Shown: positions 40,001 through 49,643, counted from the stretch's first letter. The stretch: DNA of 64,000 nucleotides from Dehalococcoidia bacterium (GCA_963662435.1 OY759598.1:1086507-1150506); one strand, 5' to 3'. Numbers and translations are program-made. The notes: generated from the sequence alone by a model not told the origin.

Positions 40001-40957
40001 AACCGTCAACTGGATGGTTCGATCCCTGCTGCCCTGGGCGGACTGGAAGAATTGGTGATTCTCAATCTCCGCAGCAACGATCTTTCAGGCAGTATACCTG
40101 CGGAGCTTGGCGATCTGGCGAACTTGGAGGAACTCCTTCTCCACAACAATAGTCTTAGTGGGGAGATCCCGGACCTGAGCGACTTGGGCAACCTCAAGAT
40201 GCTCTGGCTTTCCGGCAACGACTTGGGTCGTGGTCAAGGTATTCCGACATGGCTCAATTCCATGAGTAACCTGGAGTCACTGAATCTCTGGGGCAATGAC
40301 CTTGGTGGGCAGATTCCCAACTTGAGTGGCATGACAAGCCTGACACATCTGAGGCTCCATAGCACCGGATTGACAGGGAGCATTCCTGCCTCTCTAGGAG
40401 ACGTGAGCAGCCTGCAGGGCCTGTACCTCCACAACAACAACCTGAGCGGGACGATTCCAGGTGAACTAGGTCAGCTCGAGAATTTGGCAGGCCTGTACCT
40501 CCACGAAAACAACCTCAGTGGAACGATTCCCAGCGAGCTGGGCCAGCTCACCAAGCTGAGACGCATTTGGCTCCACAGCAACAGCTTGTCGGGCGGGATT
40601 CCTTCTGAGTTGAGCGGCATGTCCAGCCTGATGGACCTCAACCTGCGAAACAACCGATTAAACGGAGCAATTCCACCGCAATTGGGCGACATTGATATCT
40701 TGGAGTCGTTGCGACTCCAGAACAACCTGCTGAGCGGCTCGATCCCGAGCGAACTGGGTGACCTCAGTAACCTGACGGGATTGTGGCTCCAGTCCAACAG
40801 GCTCACCGGCGTGATACCTGCGGAGTTGGGTAACCTCGGAGACACGCTGACGCAATGGCGCCTCGGTGGGAATAGTCTGAGCGGGTGTGTTCCGGCCGGC
40901 CTTGCCGCTGTCGAGGACAACGACATGGCCTCACTAGGACTGCAAGTCTGCCAATAG
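37100..40957 (+). CDS. Secreted S8 (kexin/furin-like) serine peptidase with two PPC-like domains, P-proprotein domain, Fn3 and LRRs
   Basis: Signal peptide; DDHGD...DDRDVF (PPC-like); catalytic IVDDG, HGTHVAG, AAGN, GTSAASP; HEYGFG; P-domain GEDPNGEWKL; Fn3 YDVQVRAVN; C-terminal LRRs. Confidence 0.93.
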   Translation: MSTISTHNARSIFSALKMAVLTSVTASLLVLSTGGAGAQTVEDDHGDTFGTSTSVELGSSVDGRIDPGDDRDVFKIDLSDASGQTDLWVYTLGDFDTFGGLYDGSGNIVELNDDSFFADNIRGFSIRSIVQPGVYYVIAVSYEGEPGDYTFHAQAVAAPGDSIETAKPLILDTRDGGTIDTLEDADFFKLEFTESRHVIIDAVTADISLIDASLLDADGNEISANVRLIRLRGFGSFFPIGFTIEQDFEPGTYYLKVVNPLAPDPDETETEEFESEQPSIPFRPAPYAVFFHEDTDYSEFLDDCDSQTDALNDPEIGDPLNACQWHLRHPEWQDINVGSVWADGIKGEGVNVAIVDDGMYQDHEDLKDNVDTSLNLNFETGENDIYGRFDHHGTHVAGMVAARDNDIGVRGVAPRATLHGYNLLSGLNTTGLNILTAMTESADVTAVSNNSWGWSDGPGFSPSFSFWRRAIRVGTTFGYDGKGVLYVWAAGNGHLLGDDSNLDELSNEYGVTAACSVNNQGTRSGYSEMGANLWVCAPSNDRPLSLGGAAGILTTENSDRYYQDFGGTSAASPIVAGVAALTRQANPDLSWRDVKVILAASAQKNDPASQGWDAGAPLHPVSSAENYSFNHEYGFGVVDATGAVDLARRWTNLPAAQQSTVVSDVLDVEISDFTAEGKAETYTHTLNLDSDIEFTEFVEVTMAFEHDSFRDLEILLESPSGAISRLAVPFDTFDGLNAFFGEAFVPLHGSWQFGSAKHLGEDPNGEWKLHITDRIHVVDGIFNGFAITVYGHERAAGAASLDSVVVHPGGERLDVAWSAPELSGESEVTGYDIRHIATADDETDPSGWTVLEGVWSAESGGDLTYTVSGLTDGTQYDVQVRAVNSTGGGLWSEVGTGTPMSSSCAAEGAVTDRDNGGLVNDCEKLLEVRDTLAGSVTLNWSSETDISTWDGVYLTGTPMRVTVVSLLNRQLDGSIPAALGGLEELVILNLRSNDLSGSIPAELGDLANLEELLLHNNSLSGEIPDLSDLGNLKMLWLSGNDLGRGQGIPTWLNSMSNLESLNLWGNDLGGQIPNLSGMTSLTHLRLHSTGLTGSIPASLGDVSSLQGLYLHNNNLSGTIPGELGQLENLAGLYLHENNLSGTIPSELGQLTKLRRIWLHSNSLSGGIPSELSGMSSLMDLNLRNNRLNGAIPPQLGDIDILESLRLQNNLLSGSIPSELGDLSNLTGLWLQSNRLTGVIPAELGNLGDTLTQWRLGGNSLSGCVPAGLAAVEDNDMASLGLQVCQ
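39990..40900 (+). repeat. Tandem plant-type leucine-rich repeats (~12-13 units of ~24 aa) within the S8 gene
   Basis: Units such as LAGLYLHENNLSGTIPSELGQL match LxxLxLxxNxLSGxIPxxLG. Confidence 0.9.
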
Positions 40958-40983
40958 ATTCGGGTTCGCCCGAGAGTCTAAAG

Positions 40984-41020
40984 CGCCGCCGGCACGGTTC
41001 ATTCGAACCGGTCGGCGGCG
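40984..41020. terminator. GC-rich stem-loop between convergent genes (possible terminator/stabiliser)
   Basis: CGCCGCCG...CGGTTC-ATTC-GAACCG...CGGCGGCG; no clear U tract. Confidence 0.45.
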
Positions 41021-41189
41021 TTGCGGTTTAAGCACGATTGGGGCAAGCGTGTTGCTAATGTGGTTTGGAACTCTAGCTGAAACTGAATGGTATGCGTCCG
41101 TTCGGGTGGACTCCCCCTGGCTATGGCGCAGTTCCCGCCGCCGAGCGATCTCGCCGCCAAGCAATTCCACCCCGACGACCTCAAGGTTA

Positions 41190-41891
41190 TTAGAGCAGTT
41201 TAGAGGCTAACTCAACGAAATCTTCCACAATGATGTCGGGCTGGTACTTCGATTCTTCCGTAGGAAGTCCGTACCTGTTGACGTAGGCCGCTCTGAAACC
41301 ACACGATTGGGCCCCAAAGATATCGAACGAGTGCGCGGCAACCATCATGATCTCTCGTGGCTCGCATCCCAGCAGCTGTACGGCTTTGCGGTATATACCA
41401 GGGGAAGGCTTGAATGCACCAACTTGATCAACCGAAATTATGGCGTTGAACCTTATCGGGACATTGCTGCCCAGTAGTTGTTCCAGGTACCACTGCTCCC
41501 CATTCGATAGGGCGACCAACTCATAGTGCTTCGCCAGCTTCCGCAACCCTTTAATAGCGTCGTCGAATGGCTGCAGGCCCCTGTAACTTTTCATGAATTC
41601 CTGGACAGCTTCGTCGGTGTAGTTGACGTTGTGCTCCTTCAGGCAGTAGACGAACGCCCGTCGGCAGGTCTCAAGGTAGCCGCTGTGTCCCAGCATTAAT
41701 AGACTGTCCTGGTACTGCTCGATGCGCTGCCGATTCCGCCAATCGTCGTAAAACGCTTCGCGCGACATCCCGGAGCCATGGGCGTCTAGGAAGTCTCCAA
41801 CTGGACCGATCAGACTGCCGGTGAGATCCATGACGGTTCCGAAGATGTCGAAGGCAAGGTACTTTACCCCGGAATAGGGTCTGTTAGCCAT
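41190..41891 (-). CDS. Haloacid dehalogenase type II
   Basis: AFDIFGT, W..RQ, LSNG, FKPSP, MVAAHSFD. Confidence 0.92.
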   Translation of the reverse strand: MANRPYSGVKYLAFDIFGTVMDLTGSLIGPVGDFLDAHGSGMSREAFYDDWRNRQRIEQYQDSLLMLGHSGYLETCRRAFVYCLKEHNVNYTDEAVQEFMKSYRGLQPFDDAIKGLRKLAKHYELVALSNGEQWYLEQLLGSNVPIRFNAIISVDQVGAFKPSPGIYRKAVQLLGCEPREIMMVAAHSFDIFGAQSCGFRAAYVNRYGLPTEESKYQPDIIVEDFVELASKLL

Positions 41892-42045
41892 ATGATTGTC
41901 CCCCTATGTAAACGCGTCTTCTGCCCGTCACTCCGGCCACGAAAGCCGCAGGTTCTGACGGACGTGCCTTCCAGTACATTCGATGAATTGCCGTAACCGT
42001 TCGTGGTGAGCTTGTCGCTCTTCGCAACCAATCGATGACGTTGAG

Positions 42046-43944
42046 TCAGCGATACCAACCGGCCTGAACGGAGTACATGTGGGCATACTGTCCTTGTCGT
42101 TCAACGAGGTCGTCGTGGGCGCCTTCTTCGACTATCCGACCATTCTCCAGGAATGCAACACGGTCGGCGAGGCGGGCGGACCCAAGACGATGCGAGATGA
42201 GAAGAACCGACTTGCCCTCCGACATGTCACGGAACTGGCGATACACTTCGACCTCGGTACGAGCGTCCAGCGCAGAAGTTGGCTCGTCGAGGATCAGTAC
42301 CGACGCGTCACGGAGGTAGGCTCGCGCGATCACCAACTTCTGCCACTGACCTGTCGAAAGATCTTGACCTTCCTCGTCCCAGGCACTTCCAAGAACGGTC
42401 TCATATTGTCTAGGAAGAGTCTTGACCACATCATGGGCCCCACTATTCATGGCGGCATGCTGGATGGCCGGTAAATCGTGGAGGAGTGAGAGGTCCCCGT
42501 AGCCAACGTTCTCCCGGGCCGTTAGCTCGTAGCGCATGTAGTCCTGAAAGACTGCGGCCGCGCGTGATCTCCATTCGTAAGGATCGATCTCGGCCAGATC
42601 GACTCCGTTCACCAAGATCCTGCCCTTCGTCGGCCGGTATAGCGCCAACAGCAGCTTAGAGAGCGTAGTTTTGCCGGCCCCGTTTTCGCCAACGAGCGCG
42701 AGGGTAGTGCCCGGCTCCAGCGTAAACGAAAGACCATCGAGGACCGGTCGGTCGGAACCGGGATAGATGAATACCACGTCCTCGAATTGAACTAGCAGCC
42801 GACCTTCGGGCGCCGGTGCGAGGGTGTCGTTCGTGTTGCCCTTGATGAGGGGTGCGCCTACTTGGGGAGCCGTCATAGCCGAGACGGTCTGGATTCCCGA
42901 CAAGGCGCGCTCCTCCGGCAGGTCGAGGTAGTCGAACATATCCCATACGGTGCGCAGAGTCTTGTCGGTCGCTCTAAAGCCATTGAGCACTCCCGCAAAG
43001 GCGCCCGTGAATCGCTCTACCGCCGTCAGGTACGCGGCGAAGTAGCCGATCGACAGGCGTCCGAGCGCGATCAGGGCGACGACTCCAGTAATGACGATGC
43101 CGTATGTCAATTGTTCCCAAAGGTTTCCGAGCAGTGCAGTCTTCGTTCGCTCAAACGCGAGTCGAAGCCGATCCTTCTTCATCATCAAGTTGAGGTCCAT
43201 GCGCCGGTCTCGTAGGTAAGGGCCCGTACCAAACAGCCGGATCTCAGAGGCCGCCTCACGGGACATTATCATCTCGTCCAGATAGGCAACGTAGCGCTCG
43301 GTTGTGGAGTGCTTCCTCTTCAGCGCTATGATTCGCTTGATGATCCTCGACTCAGAAACGTGCAGTGGAATCATGCCCGCGATCAGCACGAGCGGCAACA
43401 GGAAGTGGGCCGTGCCCAGGAAGACCAGTAAACCTACGACTGTGATCAGCCGTGCCGGGAGCTGGAATATCGCCCGCATGGACGTGAACAGCACGTTGTC
43501 GAGTCCGTGCTGGGAGCGGTGGAGTTGGTCGAAGAACTCCGGACTGTCGAACATCGCAAGTGGTATGCGGCCGGCTTTGGCTATGAGTCTCTCGTGCGCG
43601 CCCTGCTTCAGACGTTCCTGCAAATCGTCCGCCAGCCACAGGTGAATCTTGTCAATCACGGAGTCGGCCAGAATGGTAACGAGGAGCGCCCCCAGCCACA
43701 GGAGCGTAATCGTTATGGACTCCGTTCCTCCTATGGCACCGGCTGCGCTATCGACGAGAGCACGGAGAATAAGGAGAGACCCGAGGGGCAAGAGTCCGCT
43801 CAGGACGGAGAACGCGGCGATGGTCGTGAGCTCTCTGGGCCCAACCTCCCACAGCAGTTTGACCAACCTGGGCAGGTTGCGCCACCGACCGCGGAAGGAG
43901 TCGTCGTCACGCCTCTTGTGTGACCAGAGGTACGATTGAATCAT
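42046..43944 (-). CDS. ABC exporter, fused permease/ATP-binding
   Basis: TM domain; GENGAGKTT, LSTGQWQK, ILDEPT, ISHRLG; ATGA overlap with the upstream paralogue. Confidence 0.92.
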   Translation of the reverse strand: MIQSYLWSHKRRDDDSFRGRWRNLPRLVKLLWEVGPRELTTIAAFSVLSGLLPLGSLLILRALVDSAAGAIGGTESITITLLWLGALLVTILADSVIDKIHLWLADDLQERLKQGAHERLIAKAGRIPLAMFDSPEFFDQLHRSQHGLDNVLFTSMRAIFQLPARLITVVGLLVFLGTAHFLLPLVLIAGMIPLHVSESRIIKRIIALKRKHSTTERYVAYLDEMIMSREAASEIRLFGTGPYLRDRRMDLNLMMKKDRLRLAFERTKTALLGNLWEQLTYGIVITGVVALIALGRLSIGYFAAYLTAVERFTGAFAGVLNGFRATDKTLRTVWDMFDYLDLPEERALSGIQTVSAMTAPQVGAPLIKGNTNDTLAPAPEGRLLVQFEDVVFIYPGSDRPVLDGLSFTLEPGTTLALVGENGAGKTTLSKLLLALYRPTKGRILVNGVDLAEIDPYEWRSRAAAVFQDYMRYELTARENVGYGDLSLLHDLPAIQHAAMNSGAHDVVKTLPRQYETVLGSAWDEEGQDLSTGQWQKLVIARAYLRDASVLILDEPTSALDARTEVEVYRQFRDMSEGKSVLLISHRLGSARLADRVAFLENGRIVEEGAHDDLVERQGQYAHMYSVQAGWYR

Positions 43945-45791
43945 CGGTACCACTCCGCCTGCAATTCGTACAACTCGGCGTATGGCCCGCCTGAGGCGAT
44001 CAATTCCTCGTGAGTCCCCTGCTCTACTATCCCACCACGCTGGAGAAAGACGATCCGATCGGCGAGCCTTGCGGAGCCTAACCGGTGAGAGATCAGCAGG
44101 ACCGTCTTGCCTTCCGACAGTTCGAGAAAGCGGCGGTACACCTCCAACTCCGCGAGTGCGTCAAGGGCGGAGGCCGGTTCGTCCAGCACGAGGATGTCGG
44201 CATTGCGGAGGTAGACGCGGGCTATCGCGAGCTTCTGCCACTGTCCCTCTGATATCTCCTGCCCACCGGCGAACTCCTTGCCGAGCATGGTGTCAAACCC
44301 CAAAGTCAGGTCATCAATGACAGCCTGGGCGGAACTCAGCCTGGCCGCGTGCTCGATGGCTTCGTTGTCTTCGACCTTGGACAAGTCGCCAAGGCCAATG
44401 TTCTCCCGGGCGGTCAGGGCGTACTTCATGTAGTCCTGAAAGGCAGCCCCAATTTGCTCTCTCCAGGGGGCGAGGGCGAGGTCTTCGAGGTCGGTGCCGT
44501 CCACCAAAACGCGGCCACTCGTGGGCCGGTATAGCCCAAGGAGCAGTTTCGTGAGAGTGGTCTTGCCCGCGCCGTTCTCTCCTACGAGTGCGATGGATTC
44601 ACCTGCCCTTAGTTCGAAGTCCACCGCGTCGAGAGCAGGTGTGTCGCTTCCGGGGTACGTGAAGCCGACCGACTCGAATCGGATACCCTCCTGCAACCGT
44701 CTGGGAGGCGTTTTACCTCGTTCCAGAGACTCTTCCTCGATCTCGAGGTATTCCTCGGCATAGCCAAGCTCGACGAAGAACTGCCGGAGATCCCGGAGCC
44801 GCCAGCCCATGTCATTCAGGTGCGTGACATACTGGTTGGTGACATAGAAGAGCGCCACGAATGCGGCGACCTCAAGCGCCCCATTGGAGCCGGCGACTAT
44901 CAGCGAGCCCATCACGATCCCGACGAGCACCACATTAATCGCCTCCGACGGCAATGCCCTGGGAATCTCGCCGCGGCGCAGCTTTGACAGTTCGACTATG
45001 AGTTGATCGGTCACCGCCCGCCACGACTTTACGATATGGTCGCCAAGTCCAAAGACGCGAACCTCGGCGGCGGCGTTGCGCTCCGTGAGCAGGTTGCGCC
45101 AGTAATATTGCCTTCGCCAGAGGGGCGCCTGGCTCTGGCGAACATTCACGTACTCCTGCTCGCTCTTCATGTGTCGCCATATCACCACGACGCTGCCAAC
45201 CAGGAGCAAGAAAGGTATGACAAGATGAACGGCGCCCAATACCCAGAGGACTCCTACGCCTCCGAGAATGGTGGAAACGAGGCGCTGTATGTGGGGCAGC
45301 TGACTGGTGACGTTCCATGCGTGCATCGAGCGATGTGCGCGCACCATCACATCATAAAACTCGACGGTTTCGAAGCTATCCAGTGGAACGGAATAGGCCT
45401 TGGTCAACATGAGCCGGTCGAACCGCTCCATAACCCGCTCCCGGAGTTGGACCGCCAGGTAATTCTGGACGGTGTCGGAGTAGGCAATCCAGCTAATGAT
45501 CCGCAGTCCAAACAATGCCAACGCCCACGGATACACGGTCCTTACAGCTTCCAGTGCGGATGAGTCGCTGGGCCCCTCTGATGTGACGGCGACCGTAGCC
45601 GCACCGATCAGACTCGTTATCGTTGCAACCATCACCGGTGGCGTGATTCCTCCGATTAGCCCTGTGATGGCAAGAAATACGGCGAAGGGGGGCCATGGGG
45701 CGATCACGGTCTGCCACCCAAATCGGACCAACGAGATAAACTTTCCTACTCGATCTCGAAGAGGAGGTGCTTTAGAGGCGGCTACAGTCAT
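43941..45791 (-). CDS. ABC exporter, fused permease/ATP-binding
   Basis: TM domain; GENGAGKTT, ISEGQWQK, VLDEPA, ISHRLG. Confidence 0.92.
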   Translation of the reverse strand: MTVAASKAPPLRDRVGKFISLVRFGWQTVIAPWPPFAVFLAITGLIGGITPPVMVATITSLIGAATVAVTSEGPSDSSALEAVRTVYPWALALFGLRIISWIAYSDTVQNYLAVQLRERVMERFDRLMLTKAYSVPLDSFETVEFYDVMVRAHRSMHAWNVTSQLPHIQRLVSTILGGVGVLWVLGAVHLVIPFLLLVGSVVVIWRHMKSEQEYVNVRQSQAPLWRRQYYWRNLLTERNAAAEVRVFGLGDHIVKSWRAVTDQLIVELSKLRRGEIPRALPSEAINVVLVGIVMGSLIVAGSNGALEVAAFVALFYVTNQYVTHLNDMGWRLRDLRQFFVELGYAEEYLEIEEESLERGKTPPRRLQEGIRFESVGFTYPGSDTPALDAVDFELRAGESIALVGENGAGKTTLTKLLLGLYRPTSGRVLVDGTDLEDLALAPWREQIGAAFQDYMKYALTARENIGLGDLSKVEDNEAIEHAARLSSAQAVIDDLTLGFDTMLGKEFAGGQEISEGQWQKLAIARVYLRNADILVLDEPASALDALAELEVYRRFLELSEGKTVLLISHRLGSARLADRIVFLQRGGIVEQGTHEELIASGGPYAELYELQAEWYR

Positions 45792-46192
45792 GGGGCACCT
45801 AGCCAGTTGACCGAAAACTCAGTTGAGTCGAAGAATTGACTCGTATCGAATACGGTGAAGTCCGCCAATGTTCGAAGGATAAGTCATCGTAGCAGAAAAG
45901 GAGGACAGGTGCGGGTTGCACTTGAACCTCCTACAAACGTCCCACTATCCCCACGGCAGCGATTATTGAGTAGGCGTCTTGCCACCGACCACATAACCAC
46001 CAGGCCTTTCCCTTCATGCTGCCCCTGGGGGTGGTTAATGTTGAGGGCAGTTCCGGGATGATCCTGCTCTCCGTAGGACTCTGAAGAATGAATTCCCTTC
46101 ATAAGACTGCAGATTCGGGTCTTAATCACCATTGTCTCAATAACGGGATAGGCGTACACTCCGTCCAAGAGTAAGAGGTAGGAGATTCGAAG

Positions 46193-47434
46193 ATGACTCA
46201 GGCCCTAATGGTCGATGGTCTCACGCGGCGTCGACTGCCTATCAACCTCCGGCAAAGCGGTAACAGTGACGCCCAGATGCTTATCTCCACCCGCATCAGA
46301 AAGTCCCCTTGGTGGCATCTGTCAAAGGCGGCCGGCTGCTGGGCGTACACAACATACAACCACATGTACCACCCAAGGGCTTACATCAAGCCCGAGGATG
46401 GCGGGCTCATGGCGGAGTACAAGTACCTGACCGAGCACGTCAGTATGTGGGACGTGGCGGTCGAGCGCCAGATCCAGATCAAAGGTCCTGACGCCGCCGA
46501 TTTCGTGAATTTGCTGATTACTCGCGACGTACACACCGTGGTACCCACGATGCAAGCCCGATATGTGATCCTCTGCAACCAGTACGGCGGAGTCATAAAC
46601 GACCCGGTGCTGCTTCGCGTGGCAGACGACGAATTCTGGTTCAGCATCTCGGACTCCGACCTCCTCCTTTGGGCGCAAGGAGTCAACTCCTTCCGTAAGT
46701 TGAACGTCGATGTCCACGAGATCGACGTGTCTCCGGTCCAGATCCAGGGTCCCAAGTCGGTACAGTTGATGGAAAAGATGTTTGGCCCCCACATAAGAGA
46801 GATGCCGTACTACGGCCTGATTCACGACACCTTGAACGGCAATGCCGTGACAATCTCGCGCACCGGTTTCTCCGCTGAGGTGGGATTCGAGATCTACCTA
46901 CATGACGCTATGCTCAAGGCGGACGACGTCTGGCCTCATATCTTGGAGCAAGGGGAAGAATTCAACCTGGGCGTAATCGCTCCCAGCCACATCCGCCGAC
47001 TGGAGGCCGGCATCTTGTCCTACGGCCAGGACTTGGATATTGAGAACAATCCATTTGAAGTCCGGCTTGGCTGGCAAGTGGACCTGAATAAAGAGGATTT
47101 CATAGGAAAGCAGGCCCTCGCCAAGATCAAGGCGGAAGGAGTTCAGCAACGCCTGGTTGGCTTGAAGGTTGGCGGCGAGCCAATTGTCTGGTACAACGAA
47201 GACTTCTACTTGGTCAAGGACGAAGACACGGGCGGAGACGTAGGCTATGTCACGAGCGCCTTCTGGTCACCGACCCAACAATCAAACATTGCGCTGGCCG
47301 TCATGCCTCCATCTCACTGGAAGCGGGGAACCCGCGTGAAGGTCCAACTGCCAAGGGACGGCATTGTAGATGCGGAGGTCGTGCGGGTGCCATTCGTCGA
47401 CCCGACCAAGGAGCGTCCCAAGACTGAATTGTGA
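46193..47434 (+). CDS. GcvT-family THF-dependent demethylase/aminomethyltransferase (DmdA-like)
   Basis: RIRKSPW, YNHMYHPR, MWDVAVERQIQIKGPDA, NDPVLLR, SRTGFS, IRRLEAGILSYG; RBS AGGAG. Confidence 0.85.
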   Translation: MTQALMVDGLTRRRLPINLRQSGNSDAQMLISTRIRKSPWWHLSKAAGCWAYTTYNHMYHPRAYIKPEDGGLMAEYKYLTEHVSMWDVAVERQIQIKGPDAADFVNLLITRDVHTVVPTMQARYVILCNQYGGVINDPVLLRVADDEFWFSISDSDLLLWAQGVNSFRKLNVDVHEIDVSPVQIQGPKSVQLMEKMFGPHIREMPYYGLIHDTLNGNAVTISRTGFSAEVGFEIYLHDAMLKADDVWPHILEQGEEFNLGVIAPSHIRRLEAGILSYGQDLDIENNPFEVRLGWQVDLNKEDFIGKQALAKIKAEGVQQRLVGLKVGGEPIVWYNEDFYLVKDEDTGGDVGYVTSAFWSPTQQSNIALAVMPPSHWKRGTRVKVQLPRDGIVDAEVVRVPFVDPTKERPKTEL

Positions 47435-47540
47435 ACCCGCTTAATTGAGGTCGACCGTCTCAACCATCGCTGCAAGGAGCGGCCTCATGGACTGCATGGT
47501 CTCTTGTCCCACGCCACCCCGATCAGGCAGTTCGACGAGT

Positions 47541-47730
47541 CTAAGGGCGCAGCTCCAACCGAGGCTGTAGCAGGCGGTCCGGCACGTTGGTTTCGCGCAT
47601 GAACTTTACCAGAAGCTGATGGATATCCTTGACCACGTCACTGTGCTTCTGCATGACATTGTCGAGCTGTTGGGGATCGGATGCCTGGTTGTATAGCTGA
47701 GACACTCCTGGACTAGGGCTGTACAGCAGG
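47541..47730 (-). pseudogene. C-terminal remnant of a sulfatase-like gene
   Basis: LLYSPSPGVSQLYNQASDPQQLDNV...HQLLVKFMRET resembles the sulfatase ELY..DP.E..N C-terminal motif; no plausible start. Confidence 0.65.
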
Positions 47731-47784
47731 CAACATGACCGCACAATGTGATCGGCGGTCTGAGTCTTGGGGCGTCGGGCGTCC

Positions 47785-49623
47785 TTAGTCTCGGGCTCGT
47801 ACTCCATCGCGGCGTTGACGCCTGCGGTCCGAAGGGGAGAGTTCGGTCTTCCGAAGGCGTAAATTTTGAGGAGTAACCTCCACCAGCTCGTCGTCAGATA
47901 TGAACGCCAAGGCCTCCTCCAAGCTCATCCTTACCGTGGCGTTCAGGCGTTTGGTCACATCGGCCGTTGACGACCGCATATTCGTAAGCTTCTTTTGCTT
48001 GCAGACGTTGATTGCGATATCGCCATCACGGCGATGCGAGCCGACGATCATGCCCTGGTAGACCATGGCGCCAGGGTCAATAAAGGTGTCGCCTCTGCCC
48101 TGAGCGTTGAGTAGACCATACGTGACGGACAAACCGGCTTCGGATGCCACGATCGCGCCGCCGCGCTGGGCCCTGACTTCGCCCTCCATGGGCTCGTACG
48201 AAGTGAAGACGCTGCTTTGCACACCGTCTCCACGGGTCGTGCGGAGAAAGAAAGCGTTGAATCCAATCAATCCGCGTGTGGGAATTTTGTACTCCATATG
48301 GATTTGCCCGTTCTCCCCGTACTGCATATCCCGGAGTTGACCCATGTGCGAAGTAAGGTGCTCGGTCAGGGGGCCCATGTACTTTTCATGGGTGCTGATA
48401 TTCAAAATCTCGTAGGGTTCGTAAATCGTGCCGTCGATGACTCTTGTGACAGGTGCGGGCCGGGACACCTGGAATTCAAATTGTTCTCGGCGCATGGTCT
48501 CAACCAGGATGGACAGGTGTAGCTCTCCCCGACCAGCGACGACGAATGAGTCGGGGCTGGCAGTGGTTTCCACCCTTAGGCTAACGTTGGTTCGCAGCTC
48601 TCTCATCAGACGTTCGTGGAGATTGCGAGAAGTGCAGTAAGTACCCTCTCGGCCCATGAAGGGCGAAGTGCTGACTCCGAAGGTCATCCGTACCGTCGGC
48701 TCGTTGATTTCAATGGACGGCAGAGCCTCGGGTTTTTCAGGGGAAGCGAGCGTGTCGCCGATGGAGACGCCTTCTGGACCGGTCACGGCCACTATATCGC
48801 CGACATGAGCTTCGGATACCTCCACTCGTTCCATCCCGCGGAACACAAAGATTCGCTCCAGATTGTGGGTGGTGGTCATGGCTTCACGACCCAACAAAGC
48901 TACGTCGTCGCGCAGTCTTATTGTGCCATTGGTGATCCTGCCCACGGCTACCTGTCCAAGATGGTTGTCGTAATCCAGTGCCGCAACCAGCATTTGCAGC
49001 GGGGCAAGGGGATCCCCCGAGGGTGGAGGCACCGAATCCAGGATCGCTTCAAAAAGGGGCTGCATATCAGTCCCCGGCGTATTCGGATCTTCGGTGGCGT
49101 AACCCTGACGTGCGGATGCGTACAGCACAGGGAAATCCAACTGGTCCGAACTCGTAGCCAGATCCAAGAACAGGTCCTGGACCATGCCAACAACCTCTGA
49201 CACCCGGGCTTCGGGGCGGTCTATCTTGTTTATGACTACCATCGGGGTGACGTTCTGTTGGAGGGCCTGGCGAAGGACGTAAGTAGTCTGGGGCATTGGA
49301 CCGTCTACGGCGTCGACCAACAGCAGACAGCCATCGGCCATATTCAGGACACGTTCGACCTCGCCGCTAAAGTCTGCGTGGCCGGGCGTGTCGATGATAT
49401 TGATCCTGACGTTCCCGTAGGAGACCGAAGCGTTCTTGGCCAAGATTGTGATGCCGCGCTCCCGCTCGAGGGGGTTAGTGTCCATTATCAAGGCGCCGAC
49501 CTGTTGATGTGCCCGAAAGACCTGACCTTGTTTCAGCAGCGCATCGACAAGGGTGGTCTTCCCATGGTCCACGTGGGCAATGATGGCCAGATTACGGATC
49601 GCGTTGTTCTGATAGTAGCTCAA
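47785..49623 (-). CDS. typA: Translational GTPase TypA/BipA
   Basis: [62 protein letters not shown] start after GGGGGA. Confidence 0.97.
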   Translation of the reverse strand: MSYYQNNAIRNLAIIAHVDHGKTTLVDALLKQGQVFRAHQQVGALIMDTNPLERERGITILAKNASVSYGNVRINIIDTPGHADFSGEVERVLNMADGCLLLVDAVDGPMPQTTYVLRQALQQNVTPMVVINKIDRPEARVSEVVGMVQDLFLDLATSSDQLDFPVLYASARQGYATEDPNTPGTDMQPLFEAILDSVPPPSGDPLAPLQMLVAALDYDNHLGQVAVGRITNGTIRLRDDVALLGREAMTTTHNLERIFVFRGMERVEVSEAHVGDIVAVTGPEGVSIGDTLASPEKPEALPSIEINEPTVRMTFGVSTSPFMGREGTYCTSRNLHERLMRELRTNVSLRVETTASPDSFVVAGRGELHLSILVETMRREQFEFQVSRPAPVTRVIDGTIYEPYEILNISTHEKYMGPLTEHLTSHMGQLRDMQYGENGQIHMEYKIPTRGLIGFNAFFLRTTRGDGVQSSVFTSYEPMEGEVRAQRGGAIVASEAGLSVTYGLLNAQGRGDTFIDPGAMVYQGMIVGSHRRDGDIAINVCKQKKLTNMRSSTADVTKRLNATVRMSLEEALAFISDDELVEVTPQNLRLRKTELSPSDRRRQRRDGVRARD

Positions 49624-49643
49624 GGTAATTCCCCCAATATGCC

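Noticed and set aside
45855..46192. Riboswitch (THF/SAM/glycine) upstream of the GcvT-like gene, or a RiPP precursor ORF (45884-46168)
   Set aside because: Only generic hairpins and no conserved aptamer nucleotides recognised; the ORF has no RBS or leader/core features
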